Below, in pieces: positions 9,634 to 20,220 of a stretch of DNA of 64,000 nucleotides. Source of the stretch: Alphaproteobacteria bacterium. Lineage in GTDB: Bacteria > Pseudomonadota > Alphaproteobacteria > SHVW01. The stretch covers positions 6,885-70,884 of the forward strand of contig VGDO01000005.1 in the NCBI GenBank assembly GCA_016869645.1. Reading direction: 5' to 3'. Numbering within the stretch: position 1 is the first letter of the stretch; each line of letters begins with the position of its first letter. The notes below the pieces were generated by a model. It saw nothing but the letters and a program-made list of their open reading frames with translations, ran no database searches and was not told the DNA's origin. Position numbers and translations under genes: made by a program.

Positions 9634-11658
9634 CTACCGCACCCGCTTCCGGAAGCCCGTCGTCGTGAAGCGCTGATGCCCGTGCTTGCGGCCGAGCCGC
9701 TTGCCTTCGCCGCCGCCCGTGCCGGTGCCGGCAGGCTGCCACAGCGGCACGAGCTGGTGCTTGCCCGGGCCGATCAGGTCGGCGCGGCCCATGCGCTTCA
9801 GCGCGTCGCGCAGCAGCGGCCAGTTCTCCGCGTCGTGATAGCGCAGGAAGGCCTTGTGCAGCCGGCGCTGACGCAGATTGCGCACGATGGGAACCGGCTC
9901 GGATGCGCCGCGCCGGACCGCGCGCAAGGGGTTGACGCCGGAATGGTACATCGCGGTCGCCAGCGCCATGGGCGAGGGCAGGAAGGTCTGTACCTGGTCG
10001 GCGCGATAGCGGTTGCGCTTCAGCCACAGCGCGAGGTTCATCATGTCCTCGTCGGTCGTGCCCGGGTGCGCCGCGATGAAGTAGGGGATCAGGAAGTATT
10101 CCTTGCCGGCCTGCTTCGCCGCCTGGTCGAACAGCTGCTTGAAGCGCTCGTAGGCGCCGATGCCGGGCTTCATCATCTTGGTGAGCGGCCCGTCCTCGGT
10201 GTGCTCCGGTGCGATCTTGAGATAGCCGCCGACGTGATGCGTCACCAGCTCGCGCACATAGGCCGGGCTCTTGACCGCGAGGTCGTAGCGCACGCCCGAG
10301 GCGACCATCACCTTCTTGACGCCGGGCACCTGGCGCACCTTGCGGTAGAGCCCGATCAGCGCCTCGTGGCTCGTGTTCAGGTTCTCGCAGATGCCGGGAT
10401 AGACGCAGGACGGCCGCCGGCAGGCTGATTCGATCTTCGGGTCCTTGCACGCCATGCGGTACATGTTGGCGGTTGGCCCGCCGATATCGGAGATGATGCC
10501 GGTGAAGCCCTTGGTCTTGTCGCGGATCTCGCCGATCTCGCGTACGACCGATTCTTCCGAGCGGCTCTGGATGATGCGGCCCTCGTGCTCGGTGATCGAG
10601 CAGAACGAGCAGCCGCCGAAGCAGCCGCGCATGATGGTGACCGAGAAGCGGATCATGTCCCAGGCGGGGATCTTGGCATCGCCATAGCGGGGGTGCGGCG
10701 CCCGCGCATAGGGCAGGCCGTAGATGCCGTCCATCTCGGGCGTGGTCAGCGGGATCGGCGGCGGCGTCAGCCACAGCTCGCGGTCGCCGTGGCGCTGCAC
10801 CAGTGCCCGCGCATTGCCCGGATTGCTTTCCCGGTGGAGCACGCGGCTGGCACGCGCATAGGCTTCGGGGCTCTTCTCGACGTGATCGTAGGCGGGCAGG
10901 CGCACGACCGTGTTGCCCGGCCGCAGGCGCGCGCCCTCGTCGGCCGAATCGATGTCCTCGGCGCTGGCTTCGGTCCAGCCCTCCGGCACCGATGATTTCA
11001 GAAGCGCCACGCCGCGGATGTCGTCGAGCTCGGAAGGAGCGGCACCCTGGGCCATGCGATGCGCCACCTCGACGATGGCGCGCTCGGCATTGCCGTAGAG
11101 AAGAATGTCGCCCTTGGCGTCGGCCAGGATCGAGCGGCGCACCTTGTCCGACCAGTAGTCGTAATGCGCGATGCGGCGCAGCGACGCCTCGATGCCGCCC
11201 AGGACCAGCGACACGTCGCGATAGGCCTCGCGGCAACGCTGGGCATAGACGATGACGGAGCGGTCCGGCCGCTTGCCGCCCTCGCCGTCGGGCGTGTAGC
11301 TGTCATTGTGCCGGAGGCGACGGTCGGCCGTGTAGCGGTTGACCATGGAATCCATGTTGCCGCCGGTGATGCCGAAGAAGAGCACCGGCCGGCCGAGCGC
11401 CTTGAACGGCTCCGCACTCTGCCAGTCAGGCTGGGCGATGACGCCGACGCGGAAGCCCTGCGCCTCGAGCAGCCGGCCGACCAGCGCCATGCCGAAGCTC
11501 GGGTGGTCGATATAGGCGTCGCCGGTCACCAGCACGATGTCGCACGCATCCCAGCCGAGCTCGTCCATCTCGGCGCGCGACATGGGCAGGAACGGCGCCG
11601 TGCCGAACCGGTGCGCCCAGTGCTTGCGGTAGGAAAAGAGCGGCTTGGCCTGGTCCAT
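9634..11658 (-). CDS. ygiQ: YgiQ family radical SAM protein (UPF0313)
   Basis: The N-terminus ([62 protein letters not shown]) matches YgiQ. The radical-SAM CxxxCxxC motif (CFGGCSFCS) and the ~674 aa length also fit. Confidence 0.9.
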   Translation of the reverse strand: MDQAKPLFSYRKHWAHRFGTAPFLPMSRAEMDELGWDACDIVLVTGDAYIDHPSFGMALVGRLLEAQGFRVGVIAQPDWQSAEPFKALGRPVLFFGITGGNMDSMVNRYTADRRLRHNDSYTPDGEGGKRPDRSVIVYAQRCREAYRDVSLVLGGIEASLRRIAHYDYWSDKVRRSILADAKGDILLYGNAERAIVEVAHRMAQGAAPSELDDIRGVALLKSSVPEGWTEASAEDIDSADEGARLRPGNTVVRLPAYDHVEKSPEAYARASRVLHRESNPGNARALVQRHGDRELWLTPPPIPLTTPEMDGIYGLPYARAPHPRYGDAKIPAWDMIRFSVTIMRGCFGGCSFCSITEHEGRIIQSRSEESVVREIGEIRDKTKGFTGIISDIGGPTANMYRMACKDPKIESACRRPSCVYPGICENLNTSHEALIGLYRKVRQVPGVKKVMVASGVRYDLAVKSPAYVRELVTHHVGGYLKIAPEHTEDGPLTKMMKPGIGAYERFKQLFDQAAKQAGKEYFLIPYFIAAHPGTTDEDMMNLALWLKRNRYRADQVQTFLPSPMALATAMYHSGVNPLRAVRRGASEPVPIVRNLRQRRLHKAFLRYHDAENWPLLRDALKRMGRADLIGPGKHQLVPLWQPAGTGTGGGEGKRLGRKHGHQRFTTTGFRKRVR

Positions 11659-11773
11659 GGCGGAAGCTTGTGAGCCATGGCTGAGCCGGCGTCAATCGCC
11701 GTTCGTCGCGATGGACCGTCACACGGCGGCAGACATAAGATAGGACTCTGGTCGACCTCAGAATTTGGATCGC

Positions 11774-12202
11774 ATGGCCCTTTCTAAAAAGCGCAAACCG
11801 GCTCGGCGAAAATCAGCGCGTCAGGAAATCTCGGTGCCTGGCCTCAACCCGCCCATCAGCCACTATACGGACGCGGTTCGCTTCGGAAATCTGCTGTTCT
11901 TGTCCGGGCTGGCACCGCTTGACGCCAAAGGACGTTTGGTTGGCGGCAGCGATCCCGCCAAGCAGACCCTTAAGATTTTCCGCAACATGAAGCGAATTCT
12001 GGATGCGGCGGGCGTCGGCTTTGGCGATGTTCTCAAGGTGACCGTGTATCTGACGCATATCGCCGACCGGCCGAAGATCAATCCTGTACGTCAGGCATTC
12101 TTTGGCAAATCGCGACCGGCCAGCACGCTCGTCGAGGTCAGCAACCTGGTGATTCCAGGCATGCGCGTCGAAATCGAGGCGGTAGTCGGGTTGCCTGATT
12201 GA
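11774..12202 (+). CDS. RidA/YjgF family reactive-intermediate deaminase
   Basis: ...PISHYTDAVRFGNLLFLSGLAPLD...VTVYLTHIADRPKINPVRQAFFG...RVEIEAVV is a YjgF/chorismate-mutase-like signature. The track ORF starts at TTG 11765, and the first ATG is 11774. Confidence 0.8.
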   Translation: MALSKKRKPARRKSARQEISVPGLNPPISHYTDAVRFGNLLFLSGLAPLDAKGRLVGGSDPAKQTLKIFRNMKRILDAAGVGFGDVLKVTVYLTHIADRPKINPVRQAFFGKSRPASTLVEVSNLVIPGMRVEIEAVVGLPD

Positions 12203-12265
12203 ACTATGAGCAGCGCTACCAAGCATGACCGGCATCTGATCTGACCGAAAAGCGCCGCTCGCCTC

Positions 12266-13006
12266 ATGTCCACAGTCACCAAGCAGGCGTCGCCGCTCGG
12301 CACCATCGCGATCCTCGAGAACAGGAAGACCGGTGTCCTTATCTATCAGCAGGGCCACTGCCATCAGAGCGAGGCAGACGCCAATGGCGTCAGCATATCG
12401 GCCTATATCCACGCGTTGTTCGGCCTGCTGCAGCAGGCCGGCAGCCGCGATGTCCTGCTGATCGGCTGCGGCGGCGGCACGCTCGCGACGATGCTCCATC
12501 GCGCGGGCGCGACGGTGACGATGGTCGACATCGACGAGACCGCCTTCGACATCGCACGGCGCTACTTCAAGCTGCCGAAGGCGGTCGAATGCTACATTGC
12601 CGATGGCGAGACGTTCCTGGCCCAACGGCGCCACCGCTACGATGCCATCGTGCTTGACGCCTATATCGGCACCGAGATCCCCGCACAGTTCCTTGAGCCA
12701 CGCTTTTTCAAGCTGGCGCGCACGCGCTTGAAGAAGCCGCGCGGATGCCTGTTCGCCAATGCCTATATCGTCAACAGCCGCGACCGCAAGGCGGACCGGC
12801 TGGCGACGGCCATGGGCAGGGTCTTTTCCGGCGTACGCCTGCTGGACGAGAAGGGCAGCACGAACCGCAACGCGATTGCCATGGCGGGCGCGGTCGCGGA
12901 GCTCGTGCCACCGTCACTGATCATGAAACCCAAGGCTGATGTCGACGACATCGCCAACACGCTGAAGCGCATGCGATTCCGGAGCTGGCGACCGCGCGCG
13001 TCATGA
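12266..13006 (+). CDS. Spermidine synthase-like / SAM-dependent methyltransferase-fold protein
   Basis: A GxGxG motif (LLIGCGGGTLAT) followed by VDIDETAFDIARRYF and DAIVLDAY. This is the aminopropyltransferase-like fold. Confidence 0.7.
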   Translation: MSTVTKQASPLGTIAILENRKTGVLIYQQGHCHQSEADANGVSISAYIHALFGLLQQAGSRDVLLIGCGGGTLATMLHRAGATVTMVDIDETAFDIARRYFKLPKAVECYIADGETFLAQRRHRYDAIVLDAYIGTEIPAQFLEPRFFKLARTRLKKPRGCLFANAYIVNSRDRKADRLATAMGRVFSGVRLLDEKGSTNRNAIAMAGAVAELVPPSLIMKPKADVDDIANTLKRMRFRSWRPRAS

Positions 13007-14215
13007 GCGTCTCAGCTTGCCGGCCAGCAGGATGAGAGCAGCGGCAAGATAGAGCGCGACCACGATGGCAAAGGCTGCGGGATAGCCGCCGGACCAGTCG
13101 CGGACGGCGCCCAAGGTGCCGGGACCGAAGGCGAAGACGATCTGGAAGATGGCGGTCGACAATGCCACCACCTGCGGCACGTCGGAAGGCGCGAAGTCCG
13201 ACTGGGCGATGAGCGGCGGCAGCGAGACGAGATTGCCGATGCCGAGACCGAACAGCACGCAGCCGGCGAGCAGCAGGGGCCAGGAGCCGTCGAGCGCCAG
13301 CGCCAGCATGGCGATGCCGATGGCCTGAAGGCCGAGGTTGAGCGCGCCGGCCACGCGACGGTCGCGCCTCTCGAGGAAGGGCGTCCACGCGAAGCGGCCG
13401 GCAACCGCGCAGATCGTGGCAAAGCTGAGTGCGACGGCGGCTCCCGTCCCGCCGAGCGCGGGCGCCAGCGCGGCGACGAAATGGGCGATCAGCCCGACCT
13501 GGGCGAAGAGGGCCAGCGTATAGGCCCCCGTCAGCGTGATGAAACGCCCGTCGGCCAGAAGCGCGCGCCGGTTGCGCGGGGCGGCGCGTGAAGCGGATTC
13601 GCCTGCAGGCGGCCGTGCGACGCCGTCGGGATGCTGGCCCCTGGATTGCGGTGTCTCGCCGAGGATGGTGCCGGCCATCGGCCAGAGCACGAGAACGGTG
13701 ATCACGGCAATCGCCGCGGCGGCGCCGACGAAGCCCAGCGCATCGATCAACACGGCCCAGAGCGGCGTGAACACCACGCCGCCGACACTGGCGCCGTTGA
13801 AGGCGAGCGACAGGGCGGTCGCGCGCCGGCGGTCGAACCAAGGTGTCACGATGGCGTTCACCGCGACGCCGGTCGTGAGCGCCATGCCGAGGCCGGTCGA
13901 CAGCGCAGCGACGAAGAGATGCCATGGTTCCTGTGCGAGCGACCAGCCGATCGCCCCGACCGCGAGCGCGACGGCGCCCAGCCGGACCATGGCGACCGCG
14001 CCGCGCCGCAGGAAGGACCCGCCGAGCCAGCCGACGAACACGGCGCTGGCGATGAAGTGGAAGGTGATGGCCGAGGAGATGACCGAGACCGGCCAGCCGG
14101 TGCGGCTGTGCAAGGCCTGCAGGAAGACCGGCGGGCCATAGAAGCTGATGCCCCAGCCGAACAGGGCGGCGGTGAAGGCGGCGGCGACGACCTTCCAGCC
14201 GAAGAATGACGTCAT
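13001..14215 (-). CDS. MFS transporter
   Basis: Start re-called at ATG 14215 (MTSFFGWKVVAAAFTAALFGWGI...). There are 12 predicted TM helices, and the upstream part of the track ORF is a spurious extension. Confidence 0.85.
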   Translation of the reverse strand: MTSFFGWKVVAAAFTAALFGWGISFYGPPVFLQALHSRTGWPVSVISSAITFHFIASAVFVGWLGGSFLRRGAVAMVRLGAVALAVGAIGWSLAQEPWHLFVAALSTGLGMALTTGVAVNAIVTPWFDRRRATALSLAFNGASVGGVVFTPLWAVLIDALGFVGAAAAIAVITVLVLWPMAGTILGETPQSRGQHPDGVARPPAGESASRAAPRNRRALLADGRFITLTGAYTLALFAQVGLIAHFVAALAPALGGTGAAVALSFATICAVAGRFAWTPFLERRDRRVAGALNLGLQAIGIAMLALALDGSWPLLLAGCVLFGLGIGNLVSLPPLIAQSDFAPSDVPQVVALSTAIFQIVFAFGPGTLGAVRDWSGGYPAAFAIVVALYLAAALILLAGKLRRS

Positions 14216-14450
14216 GTCCGCGGTCGCCGCAAGATCACGCAGGGCCGCGCGCGCCCGCGGAATCCGAGACGGCCATAGAGTGCAACTGCGGGGTTGCCGG
14301 GCAAGACATGCAGAAAAGGTAGCTCGCCGCGCACGAGCGCGCATCGGCAGAGATGGGAGGTGAGCGTCCGGCCCAAGCCGCGGCCACGGGTACGCACGAA
14401 CGCCGTCGCGAGGATGCCGGACCGGACCTTGACCTTGCGTCCGGGGCCGC
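14212..14450 (-). pseudogene. Remnant of a GNAT N-acetyltransferase (C-terminal half only)
   Basis: The frame translates to ...VRTRGRGLGRTLTSHLCRCALVRGELPFLHVLPGNPAVALYGRLGF. This contains GNAT motif A (R-G-x-G-x-G) and motif B but lacks the N-terminal ~80 aa, and a TAG lies just upstream. Confidence 0.35.
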
Positions 14451-14537
14451 CCTACCGTGGTTGCCATGGGCCTGCGCGACGGAGTGAAAGTCAGCGCACT
14501 CATCATCCGGCCATCCCAGGGACATGGAGGCAATTCG

Positions 14538-16052
14538 ATGAAAACCAAGACAATTCTCGCCGGCCTGGCGCTTACCGTAGCGCTCGGCACCGCGCCGGCG
14601 CTGGCGCAAAAATCCTCCGACACGCTGCGCATCGTGCTGCGCGACGCGGTCACCAATGTCGATCCGTACTACAACCAGCTCCGCACTGGCCTCGTGATCG
14701 CGCACCAGGCATGGGACAATCTGATCTACCGCGATCCCGACACCTTCCAGCCGAAGCCGCTGCTGGCGACGTCGTGGAAGATCGACGATGACCTCACCAT
14801 CGACTTCACGCTGCGCCAGGGCGTCAAGTTCCACAACGGCGACCCGTTCAGCGCCGACGACGTGGTCTACACGCTCAATCTCGTCAGTGCGGCGGATTCG
14901 AAGATCTCGACGCCGAGCAACGCCAACTGGATCGAGAAGGCCGAGAAGCTCGACAACTACACGGTGCGCGTGAAGCTGAAGCGCCCGGTCCCGGCCGCAC
15001 TCGAGTACTTCGCCATGGTGCTGCCGATCTATCCCAAAGCCTATCGCGAGAAGGTCGGGCCCGATGGATACGCCAAGGCGCCGGTCGGCGCCGGCCCGTA
15101 CAAGATCACGCGCGCCGAGGCGCACCAGGTCGATTTCGAGCGGTTCGACGGCTACTACGACAGCCCCAAGGGCAAGCCCGCGATCGGCAAGCTGCAGGTC
15201 CGCTTCGTGCCCGACGCGGCGACCGAGATGACCGAGCTGCTCGCCGGCCGCGCCGAGTTCATCTGGAACTTCAATCCCGACCAGTTCGAATCGGTCAGTC
15301 GCATCCCGACGCTCCAGGCGCTGCGCCAGGAATCGATGCGCGTCGGCTTCATCCGGCTCGACGCGGCGGGCCGCTCGGGCGCCAACAACCCCATCACCAA
15401 CGTCAAGGTGCGCCAGGCGATCTTTCATGCCATCGACCGCGAGCAGATCGCCAAGGAGCTCGTGCGCGGCGGATCGCGCGTGCCGCCGGCACCCTGCTAT
15501 CCTTCGCAGTTCGGCTGCGACGGCGATGTCGCCGTGAAGTACAACTACGATCCGGCCAAGGCCAAGCAGCTTCTCGCCGAAGCCGGCTTCCCCAACGGGT
15601 TCGAGACCGAGCTCGTGACCTATGTGCTGCCGCAATGGGCGGCCTCGGTGCAGAGCTACCTCAACGCGGTCGGCATCAAGGCCAAGATCAGCCAGCTCCA
15701 GGTCCAGGCCCTCGTGCAGCGCTGCAGCCGCGGCGAGTGCCCGATGGACATGGGCAGCTGGGGCTCCTACTCGATCAACGACGTGTCGGCGATCATGCCG
15801 GTCTACTTTGGCGGCGGGAACGACGACTATGCCCGCGACGCCGAGGTGCAGAAGCTGCTGGAGACCGCCGGCACGACCATGGACACGGCCAAGCGCAAGG
15901 CGAACTACACCGCCGCGATCAAGCGCGCGACCGAGCAGGCCTACTGGGTGCCGCTGCACACCTACGTCACCACCTACGGCCTGTCGAAGACGGTCGGCAT
16001 GAAGACCTATGCCGACGAGATGCCGCGCTTCTGGCTCGCCAAGTGGCAGTGA
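14538..16052 (+). CDS. ABC transporter substrate-binding protein, family 5
   Basis: Start re-called at ATG 14538 (GGAGG RBS 7 nt upstream), giving the signal peptide MKTKTILAGLALTVALGTAPALA. The body shows SBP_bac_5 homology. Confidence 0.9.
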   Translation: MKTKTILAGLALTVALGTAPALAQKSSDTLRIVLRDAVTNVDPYYNQLRTGLVIAHQAWDNLIYRDPDTFQPKPLLATSWKIDDDLTIDFTLRQGVKFHNGDPFSADDVVYTLNLVSAADSKISTPSNANWIEKAEKLDNYTVRVKLKRPVPAALEYFAMVLPIYPKAYREKVGPDGYAKAPVGAGPYKITRAEAHQVDFERFDGYYDSPKGKPAIGKLQVRFVPDAATEMTELLAGRAEFIWNFNPDQFESVSRIPTLQALRQESMRVGFIRLDAAGRSGANNPITNVKVRQAIFHAIDREQIAKELVRGGSRVPPAPCYPSQFGCDGDVAVKYNYDPAKAKQLLAEAGFPNGFETELVTYVLPQWAASVQSYLNAVGIKAKISQLQVQALVQRCSRGECPMDMGSWGSYSINDVSAIMPVYFGGGNDDYARDAEVQKLLETAGTTMDTAKRKANYTAAIKRATEQAYWVPLHTYVTTYGLSKTVGMKTYADEMPRFWLAKWQ

Positions 16053-16152
16053 GGCATCGAGCTATTGGCTAGCTGGAAACAGATCGCGCGACATTGAATG
16101 CTGCCCCTCACCATGCGCCTCGCGCCACCATCAAACCGCTTCGCGGTTCGAT

Positions 16153-16213
16153 CCCCCAAGGAGAGGGGCGCTAGATCCTCTCCCTGGGGGCTCGGGTCGC
16201 GAAACGACCCGAG
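16153..16213. terminator. Tandem GC-rich stem-loops between convergent genes (candidate bidirectional terminator / repeat element)
   Basis: Hairpin 1 is cccccaaggagagggg...cctctccctggggg (~13 bp stem). Hairpin 2 is ctcgggtcg-cgaaa-cgacccgag (9 bp perfect stem). Both are flanked by an 11-bp inverted repeat ctgcccctcac (16101-16111 / 16218-16228). Confidence 0.5.
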
Positions 16214-16265
16214 GGGGTGTGAGGGGCAGCGCCAGATGACGTGAGTGGCGCTCGCGGACCAGGCC

Positions 16266-17225
16266 CTACGCCATCTCCACCAGATGACATTCCGCGAGCC
16301 CGCGCCGGTCGCGGCGCGGCATCGGCGCATCGCTCCTGCATCGATCGATCGCGGCCGGGCAGCGCGGGTGGAAGCGGCAGCCCGGGGGAATGTTCGCCGG
16401 GTCGGGCATGGTGTCGCCGAGCTCGGTGTCGGGAATGCCGAGGCCCGGCTCCGGCGTCAGCACCGAAGCGAGCAGCGCCTTGGTATAGGGATGGCGCGGC
16501 GCGCGAAACAGCGTCTCGGTCTCGGCGCGCTCGACGATGCGGCCGAGATACATGACGGCGACCTCGCTCGCGACATGCTCGACGACCGCGAGATTGTGGC
16601 TGATGAAGAGATAGGAAAGACCCAGCTCGCGCCGGAGCTCGGCCAGCAGGTTGAGGATCTGCGCCTGCACCGACACGTCGAGCGCGCTGGTCGGCTCGTC
16701 GCACACGACGATGCGCGGGTGCAGCACGAGGGCGCGCGCGATCGCCACGCGCTGACGCTGGCCGCCGCTGAGCTCCGCCGGCTGGCGCTCGCCCAGCTCC
16801 GGATCGAGGCCGACACGCGCGAGCATGGCGTCGACGCGGCGGCGAATCTCGCCATCGGCAATGCCGCCTTGCGCGACCAGCGGCACGCCGACGATGTCGC
16901 GTACCCGGCGGCGCGGATTGAGCGAGGAATAGGGGTCCTGGAACACGGGCTGGATCAGCCGGGCGCGCTCGCGCCGGTCCAATCCGTCGAGGCGTCTGCC
17001 GTCGATCAGCACTTCGCCGGCGCTGGGCTCGATCAAGCCCAATATGATCTTGGCGAGGGTCGACTTGCCGCAGCCGGATTCGCCGACCACGCCCAGCACC
17101 CCGCCCGCCGGCAGGCTCAGCGACACGCCGTCGACGGCGACGATGCGCTTGGGCTGGGCGAACAGCCCCGACTTGACCCGGAACTGGTGGCCGACATCGC
17201 GGATCTCGATCAGCGGTGTCGTCAC
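16266..17225 (-). CDS. ABC transporter ATP-binding protein (DppF/OppF-like)
   Basis: Start at GTG 17225, forming a GTGA overlap with the upstream ATPase stop. [28 protein letters not shown] and the HPYT...CRFHPRC tail are present. Confidence 0.85.
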   Translation of the reverse strand: MTTPLIEIRDVGHQFRVKSGLFAQPKRIVAVDGVSLSLPAGGVLGVVGESGCGKSTLAKIILGLIEPSAGEVLIDGRRLDGLDRRERARLIQPVFQDPYSSLNPRRRVRDIVGVPLVAQGGIADGEIRRRVDAMLARVGLDPELGERQPAELSGGQRQRVAIARALVLHPRIVVCDEPTSALDVSVQAQILNLLAELRRELGLSYLFISHNLAVVEHVASEVAVMYLGRIVERAETETLFRAPRHPYTKALLASVLTPEPGLGIPDTELGDTMPDPANIPPGCRFHPRCPAAIDRCRSDAPMPRRDRRGLAECHLVEMA

Positions 17226-18193
17226 GGCGCCGTCACCCGATCGGGCGGGATCTGGCAGAGATAGTCGTGCTGCGCGGCCAGTCGGTGGCGGACGATCTCG
17301 CCGGCGCAGTCGGGCCGCGCAAGCGTACAGCGCTCCACGAAGGCGCAGCCGCGGAAGCTCTGCGTCATGCGCGGCACCATGCCGGGGATCGAGCCGAGCG
17401 GCTGGTCGCGCCGAACCTTGCCCGGCACGGGCACGCAGTCGAGCAGGCCGCGCGTGTAGGGGTGCATCGGCTTGGTGAACAATTGCGCCACCGGTGCGCT
17501 TTCGACCACCTCCCCGGCGTACATGACGGAGACGCGGTGAGCCGTGCGCGCGACCACGCCGAGGTCGTGGGTGATCAGCAGGATGGCGAGACCGAGATCC
17601 TTCTGCAGATCGCTCAGCAGCCGGAGGATCTGCGCCTGGACCGTGACGTCCAGCGCGGTCGTCGGCTCGTCGGCGATCAGGAGCTCGGGCGAGCACATCA
17701 ACGCCATGGCGATCATGACGCGCTGCCGCAGCCCGCCCGAGAGCTGATGCGGGTATTGGCCGAGCCGCATGCCGGGCGAGGTGATGCGCACCCGCGCCAG
17801 CAGCTCCTCCGCGCGCGCCAGCGCCGCGGCGCGCGTGGCGCCGCGATGGCGCTGCATGACCTCGATCATCTGCGAGCCGACCGTGTAGGCCGGATTGAGG
17901 CTGGTCATCGGCTCCTGGAAGATCATGGCCAGCCGGTTGCCGCGCAGGCGCGACATGGCGCGCTCGTTGAGCGCGAGCAGATCAGTGCCGTCGAAGCGCA
18001 GGACGCGCGCGTCGCGTCGTCCGTTGCGCGCGAGCAGGCCCATGATGGAGAGCGCGGTCACCGACTTGCCGCAGCCCGATTCGCCGACCAGGCAATGGGT
18101 CTCGCCCTTGTTGACCTGGAGCGAGGCGCCGCGCACGGCGGCGAGCGAACCGAAGCTGATCTCCAGCCCCTCGACCTCGAGCAGAGCGGTCAT
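17222..18193 (-). CDS. ABC transporter ATP-binding protein (DppD/OppD-like)
   Basis: Start at ATG 18193 ([14 protein letters not shown]...), forming an ATGA overlap with the permease stop. [17 protein letters not shown] and [12 protein letters not shown] are present. Confidence 0.85.
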   Translation of the reverse strand: MTALLEVEGLEISFGSLAAVRGASLQVNKGETHCLVGESGCGKSVTALSIMGLLARNGRRDARVLRFDGTDLLALNERAMSRLRGNRLAMIFQEPMTSLNPAYTVGSQMIEVMQRHRGATRAAALARAEELLARVRITSPGMRLGQYPHQLSGGLRQRVMIAMALMCSPELLIADEPTTALDVTVQAQILRLLSDLQKDLGLAILLITHDLGVVARTAHRVSVMYAGEVVESAPVAQLFTKPMHPYTRGLLDCVPVPGKVRRDQPLGSIPGMVPRMTQSFRGCAFVERCTLARPDCAGEIVRHRLAAQHDYLCQIPPDRVTAP

Positions 18194-19023
18194 GCGACGC
18201 GTCCCGTGCGCAGCAGGTCGCGCAGGCCGTCGCCCAGCAGGTTGATGCCGAACACGAAGACGAAGAGGGCGATGCCCGGGATGGTGATGACCCAGGCATT
18301 GAAGAACATGTACTCCTTGCCTTCGGCGATCATCAGGCCCCAGGAGGGCAGGGGCGGCGGCACACCGAGGCCGAGGAAGGAGAGCGCCGCCTCGAGCAGG
18401 ATGGCGAGCGCCATCTCCAGGGTCGCGACGACCGCGAGCGGCGAGGCGATGTTGGGCAGCACGTCGCGCAGCAGGATGTGCGCGCGCGAGCAGCCGGCAG
18501 ACCACGCGGCCGACACGTAGTCGAGCGTGCGCACCTGCATGGTCGCCACGCGCGCCACGACGGCGAAGCGCTCCCACAGGAGAAAGCCGAGGGTCGCGAC
18601 GACCACGGTGAGCGAGCTGCCGATCAGCGACACGACCGCCAGGGCGACGAGAATGAGCGGAATCGCCAGGCGCGCGGTGATGGCGAACAGCACGACGTCG
18701 TCGATCCGCCCGCCGAAGAACCCGCCGGTCACGCCCAGGGCGATGCCGATCAAGCCCGAAGTGATGACCGTCATGACGCCGATCAGCACGGAAATGCGCG
18801 CCCCATAGATCAGGCGCGACAGGTAGTCGCGTCCGATGTGATCGGTGCCGAGCAGGTGGCCCGGCAGGCTGCCCTCCATCCAGATCGGCGGTTTCAGGCG
18901 CCGGCTCAGGTCCATGCCAAAGGGATCGTGCGGTGCCAACAGGGGGGCGAACAGCGCGACGAGCAGGGTGAAGGCGACGATGAACGCTCCCACCCACAAG
19001 CCGGCGTTGCGCCAGCCCTTCAT
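18190..19023 (-). CDS. ABC transporter permease (DppC/OppC-like)
   Basis: Start chosen at ATG 19023 (MKGWRNAGLWVGAFIVAFTLLVALFAPLLAPHDP) with an AGGGGA RBS. An alternative upstream ATG at 19089 would overlap the preceding gene by 35 nt. Confidence 0.8.
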   Translation of the reverse strand: MKGWRNAGLWVGAFIVAFTLLVALFAPLLAPHDPFGMDLSRRLKPPIWMEGSLPGHLLGTDHIGRDYLSRLIYGARISVLIGVMTVITSGLIGIALGVTGGFFGGRIDDVVLFAITARLAIPLILVALAVVSLIGSSLTVVVATLGFLLWERFAVVARVATMQVRTLDYVSAAWSAGCSRAHILLRDVLPNIASPLAVVATLEMALAILLEAALSFLGLGVPPPLPSWGLMIAEGKEYMFFNAWVITIPGIALFVFVFGINLLGDGLRDLLRTGRVA

Positions 19024-19054
19024 CGGCGCCCATCCCCTGCGAAGAACGGGACCG

Positions 19055-19972
19055 TCACGAGGCGCGCAGCCTCGGATCGAGCACGGCATTCAGCAGGTCG
19101 GCCGCGAGCGTCAGGAGCGTGTAGATGATCGCCAGCAGCAACACGACCGCCTGCACGGTCGGGTAGTCGTTCTTGCTGATCGACTCCCAGGCGAGGAAGC
19201 CGACGCCGTGCAGCGCGAACACGGTCTCGATGACAATCGATCCGCCGAGCATGAAGCCGAACTGCACGGCCGCGATCGAGACGACGGGCATGGCCGCGTT
19301 GCGCGCGGCATGCTTGAGCAGGATCGAGGCACGCGACAACCCCTTGGCGCGCGCCGTGCGAATGTAGTCGGAACCCATCGCGTCGATCATGCCGCTGCGC
19401 GTCAGGCGCATGAGCGCGGGGATCGCCGAGAAGGCGAGCACGATGCCGGGCATCACGAAATGCTGCCAGGTGCCGGTGCCGGAAATCGGCAGCCAGCCGA
19501 GGCGCAACCCCAGCGTGATCATCAGCAGGAGGCCGAGCCAGAAGGACGGCATGGCCTGGCCGAGCAAGGCCACGACCGAGATCAACCGGTCGGCCAGCCG
19601 CCCTTCGTTGAGAGCTGAGATGACGCCGAGCGGCAGCGCCACCACGAGAGCGATGCCGAGGCCGACCAGCCCCAGCGTGAGCGTGATCGGCAGGCGGTCG
19701 ACGATCAGCTTGGAGACGCGCTCGCGGAAAAAATAGGACTGCCCGAAATCACCGACCACGGCACGGCCCACCCAGTCGAAGAACTGCTCGAGGATCGGCC
19801 GGTCGAGGCCATAGGCCTTGCGGATGATCTCGATATCGGCGGCCGTTGCCTGGGCGCCGGCTATGGAAATGGCAAGGTCGCCCGCCAGGCGCGTCAGGGC
19901 AAACGCAAAGGTCAGGACGGTGACGCAGACGAGAAGCGCGACCAGCAGACGGCGCGCAAGAAACTCAAGCAT
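19055..19972 (-). CDS. ABC transporter permease (DppB/OppB-like)
   Basis: Start re-called at the M of MLEFLARRLLVALLV.... The first 73 codons of the track ORF are a spurious extension. Confidence 0.8.
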   Translation of the reverse strand: MLEFLARRLLVALLVCVTVLTFAFALTRLAGDLAISIAGAQATAADIEIIRKAYGLDRPILEQFFDWVGRAVVGDFGQSYFFRERVSKLIVDRLPITLTLGLVGLGIALVVALPLGVISALNEGRLADRLISVVALLGQAMPSFWLGLLLMITLGLRLGWLPISGTGTWQHFVMPGIVLAFSAIPALMRLTRSGMIDAMGSDYIRTARAKGLSRASILLKHAARNAAMPVVSIAAVQFGFMLGGSIVIETVFALHGVGFLAWESISKNDYPTVQAVVLLLAIIYTLLTLAADLLNAVLDPRLRAS

Positions 19973-20220
19973 TCGTTGAGAATAGCTTGAGGCTTGCAGA
20001 CGCAACAAGGGCCGGTTGGTGGAGCATGGCAATGACCGTCGCCACGGCAGCGGCCGAGGCGAGGCGCGGTGTCGCATGGCAATGACAGAGCGAATTTCAC
20101 GGGGGAATTCACCGGGGCGAAAAAAAAGCGGTACACTGAGCGGGCTGGGGTCGCGGACGCAAAAGGGGGAGCGTACCGACGCGTGCCGCATCGATCTGAA
20201 AAGGAACAGGGGAGGCCAAG

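Noticed and set aside
14235-15959. 574-aa ORF on the - strand
   Set aside because: It is antisense to the SBP gene 14538..16052, which has a signal peptide, an RBS and clear homology. Its composition is RGD-rich and it has no motifs.
16135-16160. tRNA-like GGTTCGATCCCC T-arm motif
   Set aside because: It has no D-arm, anticodon arm or acceptor-stem complement, so it is not a complete tRNA. It is more likely part of the intergenic repeat or hairpin array.
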